Assembly (NCBI GenBank): GCA_041690295.1
Contig: JAWLHR010000011.1
Span: 36,796 to 100,795 of the forward strand
DNA length: 64,000 nt
Reading direction: 5' to 3'
From: Bdellovibrionales bacterium
GTDB lineage: Bacteria; Bdellovibrionota; Bdellovibrionia; Bdellovibrionales; UBA1609
Below the pieces are notes generated by a model. It was not told the origin of the DNA and did not search any database. It worked only from the letters and a program-made list of their open reading frames with translations. The position numbers and the translations under genes were made by a program. How positions within the stretch are numbered: the first letter of the stretch is position 1; each line of letters begins with the position of its first letter. Positions 57,680 through 64,000 of the stretch are shown piece after piece.

Positions 57680-58556
57680 CGCTCAAGCCGTTTATTCTCC
57701 GAGCGGCGATCGCCTTCTTTACATTTCCTGGAATCGCAACAGTCATAGCGGCCCGGAAGTGTACGAAAAAGATCTCACCACCGGAGTGGAACGACGGCTG
57801 ACCTATCAGAACGGCCAAGTGTTTTCGCCCCGCTATCATCCGTTTGAACCGTGGATCGTTTACGCCAGCACGACCGATGAAACGAAGGAATATCCGCCAC
57901 TCTTGAATCCCGCGGCGCCGTCAAGTCCACTCCCCGAGAGATATAATCGCCCGACGGAAATTTATATCCATTCATTAACGGGACTCGAGATTACCCGAGT
58001 CACCAACCGCCGCGGCTTTGATGGGGAGCCGCGCTTCAGTTACGACGGCAAGCAGTTGATTTGGACCCGCGCTTACAAAGACCGGATCGCCGTGGCGGTC
58101 ATGAATCGAGCCACCAATCAAACCGTGAATCTCTCCGGACTGGGACTGAACCCGACCAACTACGTTTCCTCGCAGGATCGAAATCTGCGCGCGTGGATTC
58201 AATGGGATAAGAAATTTAAAAATTCAAAACTGAAATTGCGCTTGAATCAGCGGAAGACATTTGAAGTGAATCCGGAACACCAGGTGATCAAAACGGATTT
58301 AGCCCTTTCCACCAACAATCAATTTCTAACTTGGGCGCAGATGAACGCATTATCGCAAAAATACGAGATTTGGGTTTATGATTTGGCCCGCTCCTGCGCT
58401 TACATGGTGATCGGTCGTGATGACGCCGACAGACGCCACCCGACATTTTCTCCGGATGGACGCTTTCTCACCTACACCGTGATCCGCGGAGAAAGGTCCA
58501 GAATTGAAAATGTTCCCTTTGCCGCGCCAGATGAACCTTGTCCCACGGAGAGGTAA
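57507..58556 (+). CDS. TolB-like PD40 beta-propeller lipoprotein
   Basis: LVAC lipobox; YSPSGD, FSYDGK, FSPDGR repeats. Confidence 0.8.
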   Translation: MMLRLTNSFPLLSSAKFWLFGVIPVLLVACAHRSKPVSALASLAKTQDEETVVKKGDSAQAVYSPSGDRLLYISWNRNSHSGPEVYEKDLTTGVERRLTYQNGQVFSPRYHPFEPWIVYASTTDETKEYPPLLNPAAPSSPLPERYNRPTEIYIHSLTGLEITRVTNRRGFDGEPRFSYDGKQLIWTRAYKDRIAVAVMNRATNQTVNLSGLGLNPTNYVSSQDRNLRAWIQWDKKFKNSKLKLRLNQRKTFEVNPEHQVIKTDLALSTNNQFLTWAQMNALSQKYEIWVYDLARSCAYMVIGRDDADRRHPTFSPDGRFLTYTVIRGERSRIENVPFAAPDEPCPTER

Positions 58557-58572
58557 GGTCTATCCTTTAGTC

Positions 58573-59124
58573 ATGAAATGGACATGGATCTTGTTCTTTT
58601 CTCTGGCGGCCCAAGCCGCGCCGATGCCGGGCCCTACATCTTCAACGTCCAATTTTTTCTATTCACCCAAAGGCTTCCGCATCGATCCCAGCAAGACCGC
58701 ATGGGTGCAAACCGAAGCGCCGAAAAACATCCCTTCTCTTGTGACCATTTTCAAGTCGCCGGTTCCGGTTGATGGCCAGCAACCCGCGCTCACCGTCCGG
58801 GTGGATGAACTTCAGCGAAAACAAGGTTTGAAAACCTACATCAAACGCTGGATGCAGGACTACAGCCGTTTTGGTTTTGATGTGCTAACCGCCAAAAATG
58901 TGGTTATTAACAATCAGTCCGCGTTCCTGCTCGACATCATTAGCCGCGAGACCAAAAAGCAGCTTCGCCAGGTGGTTTTTCTCAAAGACAAAATCGCGGT
59001 GATACTCACCTGCCGTGATGGCCGCGAATCCTTTTCCAAGACGGTTCAAGATTGCAATCAGATCATCAAAACATTTCGTTGGACCGACGCGGCCGAACCC
59101 AACCGCGACTCACTTACCGAATAA
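58573..59124 (+). CDS. Secreted hypothetical protein
   Basis: Signal peptide MKWTWILFFSLAAQA. Confidence 0.7.
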   Translation: MKWTWILFFSLAAQAAPMPGPTSSTSNFFYSPKGFRIDPSKTAWVQTEAPKNIPSLVTIFKSPVPVDGQQPALTVRVDELQRKQGLKTYIKRWMQDYSRFGFDVLTAKNVVINNQSAFLLDIISRETKKQLRQVVFLKDKIAVILTCRDGRESFSKTVQDCNQIIKTFRWTDAAEPNRDSLTE

Positions 59125-60723
59125 TTTTTTAAAGAAGCCGCTCACTTTTGAACCGATTCCCGAAGGCGCGGCCGCCACGGGTTGGGCGCTGGGACGATGA
59201 GTTTGACCGCCACCGCGTTTCGCGCCATTGGCTTGATTCTGAAACCGCCGGCGATGGCGGCGGTGTTTGCCTTGGCCTTGCTGCTGTGGACGTTGCCCGT
59301 CGTGACCTTCCGAACGATGCCGTCCGCGGTAACGATCGCGATGCGCCTCGCGGGCGACCTGATCCGTCTGTTGTTTTTCACCACCACGGTCAGGGCGCCG
59401 CTTTTGATCACGGCCACGCTGATCACGACCGCGACGGCCACCGCGATCTCGCCCGCCGCCGCCCCGGGCGTCGCGAGAACTTTCGCGGAAGCGGAACGAC
59501 GGTCCTTTGCGACGATCTTCCACCTCGGGAAACGGAGCCATGTCTTTGATGAGGTCCTCGTCTTCCAACCACGAAGACTCCACTTTGTGTTTCAAGTAAT
59601 CTTCAATTCTTTGAAGGGCGTCGATATCCCGGTCGCTCACCAGACTCAAAGCCGTTCCCGTGGCGCCCGCCCGTCCTGTACGACCGATGCGGTGAACGTA
59701 ATTTTCCGGATCATCGGGCAATTCGAAATTGATCACCAGATCCACGCCCAAAATATCCAATCCGCGCGCGGCCAAATCCGTCGCCACCAGAATATTGCGG
59801 TCACTGTCGCCTTTGAACTGGGCCATGACCCGATTGCGCTGACCTTGAGTCAGAAGCGATGAAATCCCCACCGCCGGAATGCCGTTGGCGTTCAAAAAGC
59901 GAGTGATGCGTTCCACATTATGTTTGAAATTGCTGAAGATGATGGCTTGGCGCGGTTCATGTTTCTTGAGCAATGAGAGCAAATAGGCCGGTTTCTCATC
60001 CTGGCCGATATGAAAGATGTAGTCTTTCACGTTTTCCGCTTTGGCCTGATCACGTGAAATATTGATTTCCACCGGATCGGCGCCGAACTCATAAGCCGTG
60101 TTCAAGACGTCGAAATTGAGTGTGGCGCTGAAAACCAAAAACTGACGGTCTTTGGGCGCGCGTCTGAGGATGAACTTCATGTCATCTTTGAAGCCCATGT
60201 CGAACATCCGATCGGCCTCATCGAAAACGATCGCACGGATCAATCCCAGATCCACGACGTGTTCTTTATACAAATCAATCAGCCGGCCGGGTGTGGCGAT
60301 CACAAATTCAACACCGCTTTTCATGCCCGCGATTTGCTTCTCATACCCCGTGCCGCCGTAGACGGCGATGGACGACAATCCCGTATTGGCCAAAAACTTT
60401 TTGGCGTTCTCCTCGACTTGTTCAGCGAGCTCCCGCGTGGGAACGAGAATCAAAATGTACTGACGCCGTTTCCATTCCGGAAAAGGCTCGGTCTCGGAGT
60501 CTTGTGGAACTTGCTCGGGTTTTGTCGAGCGCAGGATACGATCGATCAGCGGAATCAAAAACGCGCCAGTTTTGCCAGTGCCGGTTTGCGCGAGTCCGGC
60601 CACATCCTTGCCCTTACGAATCCAAGGAATGGCTTGTTCTTGGATCTGAGTGCACTCAACAAATTGAATCTGGTCGAGATTAGCCTGCAACTCAGGGTGC
60701 AGGTGGATTTCAGAAAACTTCAC
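59110..60723 (-). CDS. DEAD-box RNA helicase
   Basis: AQTGTGKT, PTRELA, DEAD, SAT, HRIGRTGR; basic C-terminal tail. Confidence 0.96.
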   Translation of the reverse strand: MKFSEIHLHPELQANLDQIQFVECTQIQEQAIPWIRKGKDVAGLAQTGTGKTGAFLIPLIDRILRSTKPEQVPQDSETEPFPEWKRRQYILILVPTRELAEQVEENAKKFLANTGLSSIAVYGGTGYEKQIAGMKSGVEFVIATPGRLIDLYKEHVVDLGLIRAIVFDEADRMFDMGFKDDMKFILRRAPKDRQFLVFSATLNFDVLNTAYEFGADPVEINISRDQAKAENVKDYIFHIGQDEKPAYLLSLLKKHEPRQAIIFSNFKHNVERITRFLNANGIPAVGISSLLTQGQRNRVMAQFKGDSDRNILVATDLAARGLDILGVDLVINFELPDDPENYVHRIGRTGRAGATGTALSLVSDRDIDALQRIEDYLKHKVESSWLEDEDLIKDMAPFPEVEDRRKGPSFRFRESSRDARGGGGRDRGGRRGRDQRGRDQKRRPDRGGEKQQTDQVAREAHRDRYRGRHRSEGHDGQRPQQQGQGKHRRHRRRFQNQANGAKRGGGQTHRPSAQPVAAAPSGIGSKVSGFFKKLFGK

Positions 60724-60756
60724 GATAACTCACAATGTCATAACACTTTTTGGAAC

Positions 60757-61590
60757 CTAGTATACGGAGTCACGGCGGCAAGTCAAAAAAAACTCCCGAA
60801 GGGCCTGGATAAACGCTTCAGGCTGATCAAAGTGAACCCAGTGCCCGGCCGAAGGAATCTCCACGGCTTTGGCGGAAGGCAAACTGGCTTGCATGCGGGC
60901 GAACACCTCTCGGGAAAGGTCACGGGAATGCTCGCCACGGACAATTAAAACCGGCATTTGCAAGTTGACGAAAGCATCCCAACGGTCCTCGTTTCGTCCC
61001 ACCCGCAAACTTTCCAGAATCGCCCCTTTATCAAAACGCCAATCCCATTGGCCGTTTTCCTTCTGCTCAATATTCGAAAGGAGAAATTTCGCCACCACAT
61101 GGGCCTGCGGATAAAAAGAGATCATCTCGGGATATTCACCTTCAAAAAACCGACGGGCGGATTCGCGGTTCGGAAATGGGGTGGGAACCAGCTCCAAGAG
61201 CTTTTCGATTTTGTGAATGGAATCGGAGCTGGCTTCCGGTCCGATGTCCTCAATGACCAGACCTTCAACGCGTTGCGGCGATCGGGCGGCGAATTCGATG
61301 GCATTTCGACCCCCCATGGAGTGACCCACTAAGAAAATTTTCTCCCATCCGAGGTCGTCGAGAATCAATTTCAGATCCTGGGCGTAATCACTGGGCCGAT
61401 ATCCATGAGGCGGCTTAAAGCTTCGGCCATGGCCGCGTTGATCGTAGGTCAGGACCTGGTACTCGTCTTCAAACGCCTTCGCGATGCGCCTCCAATTCGC
61501 GGCCGATCCCATAATACCATGAAGAAACACGAGTTTGTGTCCGGATGGATTCCCTGTTATCTGATAAAAGAAGTTGTCAATATATCTCAT
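60757..61590 (-). CDS. Alpha/beta hydrolase (YbfF-like)
   Basis: HGIMGS, GHSMGG, AGHWVH. Confidence 0.9.
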   Translation of the reverse strand: MRYIDNFFYQITGNPSGHKLVFLHGIMGSAANWRRIAKAFEDEYQVLTYDQRGHGRSFKPPHGYRPSDYAQDLKLILDDLGWEKIFLVGHSMGGRNAIEFAARSPQRVEGLVIEDIGPEASSDSIHKIEKLLELVPTPFPNRESARRFFEGEYPEMISFYPQAHVVAKFLLSNIEQKENGQWDWRFDKGAILESLRVGRNEDRWDAFVNLQMPVLIVRGEHSRDLSREVFARMQASLPSAKAVEIPSAGHWVHFDQPEAFIQALREFFLTCRRDSVY

Positions 61591-61608
61591 TCACCCGACC
61601 GTGGACGC

Positions 61609-62850
61609 ATGAACGTTACCCAAAAGCCGCATCTGCATCAAGATTGGATTGATCCCCACGCCGTCGGTATCGTTCGCGCGCTCCAACGCGCGGGGCACAC
61701 CACGTATCTCGTCGGCGGCTGCGTGCGCGACCTCCTGCTGGGCATGCAACCCAAGGATTTCGATATCGCCACCACCGCGCGCCCCGAGGAGGTGAAACGC
61801 CTCATTCACCGGTCTTACATCATCGGTAAACGCTTTCGCCTGGTGCTGGTCCGTCGCGACGAAGTTCATTTCGAGGTGGCCACGTTCCGCCGTGATTTGC
61901 GCGAGGATGAAGTTCCGCCCGAGGACGCTCCCGTCGGCGACAATATTTTCGGTTCGCCCGAAGAGGACGCCCGACGACGGGATTTCACCATCAATGCTTT
62001 GTTTTATGACCCCATTAATGATCAGCTGATCGACTTCGCCGAGGGTTTACCGGATCTTCAGCAGGGCGTGATCCGTATGATCGGTGATCCCGTGAAAAGA
62101 TTGATTGAAGATCCCATTCGCATCCTGCGAGCGCTGCGCTTGAAACACATGATCGGATTCGTTCTTGATCCGGAACTTCGCCAGGCGATGCAAACCACGG
62201 CGTACACACTGCCGGGAACGGTTCTTCCCCGCCGGCGTGAGGAGATCCTCAAACTCCTTCGCTTGAGATCACCTGAGTTGGCGTTTCGCGAAGCCTTTGA
62301 TTTGGGTTTGTTGCAATACATTTCACCCACTCTGCATGCCGTGATCGGCGGGGAGTTGGGCGAGGATTTCTTATTGCGGCTTCGGCAGGTGGCGGAACAC
62401 CGTCGCGCGACGGTGGCCGACAACCCCAGCGAACTTTTCGGACTCCTGGTCCACGCCTATGTGCGCACGGTCCTGCAGGCGGAACCGGGCCGCGCCCGCG
62501 AGGCTCTGGAAGACGAAACATTTCAGCGTTGGATGCGCGATGAACTGGGAATGTTCAAATATGAGCAGGCTCTCGCGACCAAAGCCCTGCAGGTTGAACC
62601 GCTCTTAAGTCGGCGCAAAGAGTTCCAAAAGCGCGGCGAGCGCCGCCAGCGCGCGCTCATTACCAATGATGCCTTTCCGCTGGCCCTCCGGTTCGCGGAG
62701 ATCGATTACGCTTTGTCACCAAATGATTTATTCTATTGGAATGAACGGTACCGGTCTTTGCAAGACGAAAACCCGATGGAGCGTGTTCGTCACAAACGGC
62801 GTCGCCCGCGGCGGCGGAAATCCGCCAAAACGCAGGAAGTGAGGTCATAA
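61609..62850 (+). CDS. pcnB: Poly(A) polymerase
   Basis: VGGCVRD, DFD, signature IIGKRFRL, RRDFTIN, EDPIRILR. Confidence 0.9.
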   Translation: MNVTQKPHLHQDWIDPHAVGIVRALQRAGHTTYLVGGCVRDLLLGMQPKDFDIATTARPEEVKRLIHRSYIIGKRFRLVLVRRDEVHFEVATFRRDLREDEVPPEDAPVGDNIFGSPEEDARRRDFTINALFYDPINDQLIDFAEGLPDLQQGVIRMIGDPVKRLIEDPIRILRALRLKHMIGFVLDPELRQAMQTTAYTLPGTVLPRRREEILKLLRLRSPELAFREAFDLGLLQYISPTLHAVIGGELGEDFLLRLRQVAEHRRATVADNPSELFGLLVHAYVRTVLQAEPGRAREALEDETFQRWMRDELGMFKYEQALATKALQVEPLLSRRKEFQKRGERRQRALITNDAFPLALRFAEIDYALSPNDLFYWNERYRSLQDENPMERVRHKRRRPRRRKSAKTQEVRS

Positions 62851-63036
62851 ATGTTGGGCTTCTGGCAACTTCTTTTGCTGTTCGCGATTGTTTTATTGAT
62901 CTTCGGCCCCAGCCGCCTGCCCGGCCTTTCGAAAAGCATCGGCGAAAGCATTCGTAATTTCAAAAAGGGAATCCGCGGTGAAGGCGATATTGATGTCACG
63001 GATTCCGTAAAGCGAATCGACGACGAAAAAAACTAG
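62851..63036 (+). CDS. tatA: Tat translocase TatA
   Basis: LLIFGPSRLP...GESIRNFKKG. Confidence 0.93.
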   Translation: MLGFWQLLLLFAIVLLIFGPSRLPGLSKSIGESIRNFKKGIRGEGDIDVTDSVKRIDDEKN

Positions 63037-63056
63037 AACTGCCCCACTACCTGCAG
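63037..63056 (+). repeat. Left terminal inverted repeat
   Basis: AACTGCCCCACTACCTGCAG. Confidence 0.8.
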
Positions 63057-63093
63057 AAAATCCTGGCGAGAATTTTGCCCTTAACCACAGGGC

Positions 63094-63990
63094 ATGCGAC
63101 CAAACTGCCCCTATTGTCATTCATCACAAGAATTGTCCGATCGCCGGATGCGTATTCTAAAAGCCGGATTCTTCCGTCGAACCTCCGACGGTAAAAGAGT
63201 GCGAAGATTTTATTGCGTTAGCTGCTCTAGATACTTTTCTTATGCCACCTTTCACCCCTGCTTTAGGCAAAAAAAGCGCCACCTCAATCACCGCATCAAC
63301 AAACTTTTAGCTTCAAGCGTATCCCAGCGCCGAATCGCAAAACTGCTTCACATTTCCCGAACCACGGTTGAACGAAAATTTCTTTTCCTTGGCCAAAAAG
63401 CAGTGCATGAGCTTGAACGTCAAAATCATAGTTGTCCGCCGGCTACCGTCGTTGAATTCGACGAACTAGAGACATTTGAACATACGAAATGTAAACCGCT
63501 CTCCGTTCCACTAGCCGTTGAATCAAAGACCAGAAGGATTTTAAGTTTTCAAGTGGCCCAGATGCCGGCCAAAGGAAAGCTGGCGCGTATCTCACGAAAA
63601 AAGTATGGAAGGAAACCAGACTTCAGGCCAAAAGCATTGAGTGATCTTTGTGAGAGTTTAAAACCACTCACCACACCTGATGTACATTTCAAATCCGATC
63701 AAAATCCAATGTATCCGGTAATTCTAAGGCGTCACTTTCCTGAAAATCTACATGAGCGGTTTAAAGGGCAAAGAGGTTCGATTGTCGGACAGGGGGAATT
63801 GAAGAAGATCCGATTTGATCCGCTTTTTAGTTTGAATCACACGTGTGCGATGCTTCGAGCCAATATCAATAGGCTAGTGCGGAAGACTTGGTGCACAACG
63901 AAAATTCCTAATAGATTGCGCCTTCATCTCGCCATCTATGCGGTTTATCACAATAATATGATTCGGGCTGGGCCCTTAGCTGCAGGCTAG
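63094..63990 (+). CDS. IS1-like transposase
   Basis: Zn ribbon CPYC...CVSC; HTH SQRRIAKLLHISRTTV; FDELET, KSDQ, RLVRKTWCTTK. Confidence 0.8.
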   Translation: MRPNCPYCHSSQELSDRRMRILKAGFFRRTSDGKRVRRFYCVSCSRYFSYATFHPCFRQKKRHLNHRINKLLASSVSQRRIAKLLHISRTTVERKFLFLGQKAVHELERQNHSCPPATVVEFDELETFEHTKCKPLSVPLAVESKTRRILSFQVAQMPAKGKLARISRKKYGRKPDFRPKALSDLCESLKPLTTPDVHFKSDQNPMYPVILRRHFPENLHERFKGQRGSIVGQGELKKIRFDPLFSLNHTCAMLRANINRLVRKTWCTTKIPNRLRLHLAIYAVYHNNMIRAGPLAAG

Positions 63991-64000
63991 TGGGGCAGTT
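63980..64000 (-). repeat. Right terminal inverted repeat (may extend past the window)
   Basis: Reverse complement AACTGCCCCACTAGCCTGCAG equals the left repeat plus one G. Confidence 0.8.

Larger units (their letters stand above)
63037..64000 (+). mobile_element. IS1-related insertion sequence (at least 964 bp)
   Basis: Transposase-like ORF flanked by inverted repeats AACTGCCCCACTA(G)CCTGCAG. Confidence 0.75.

Overview
Chromosomal segment of a probable Bdellovibrionota-like predatory bacterium (inferred from gene content only). From left to right it contains: a partial flagellin with a sigma28 promoter; an operon of three paralogous pilin-like genes interrupted by two membrane spermidine-synthase-like genes; degP, meaB, rfaE2, rsmE and prmA; a flagellar cluster (fliW, csrA, flgLKNMJIHAGF); an mltD-like gene and lysC; recA-cinA-pgpA; and pilT-recX-alaS. 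Next is an AT-richer, apparently complete type II-B CRISPR-Cas9 locus: a 1397-aa cas9, cas1, cas2, cas4, a minus-strand tracrRNA, and 31 full repeats plus a degenerate one. The window ends with speB, mutY, a DEAD-box helicase, pcnB, tatA and an IS1-like element with about 20-bp terminal inverted repeats. The best candidates for novelty are the pilin/aminopropyltransferase-like operon with an altered acceptor pocket, the II-B Cas9 with fully readable guide components (one spacer encodes a family A DNA polymerase motif), and the atypical IS. All calls were made by eye from motifs; no searches were run.
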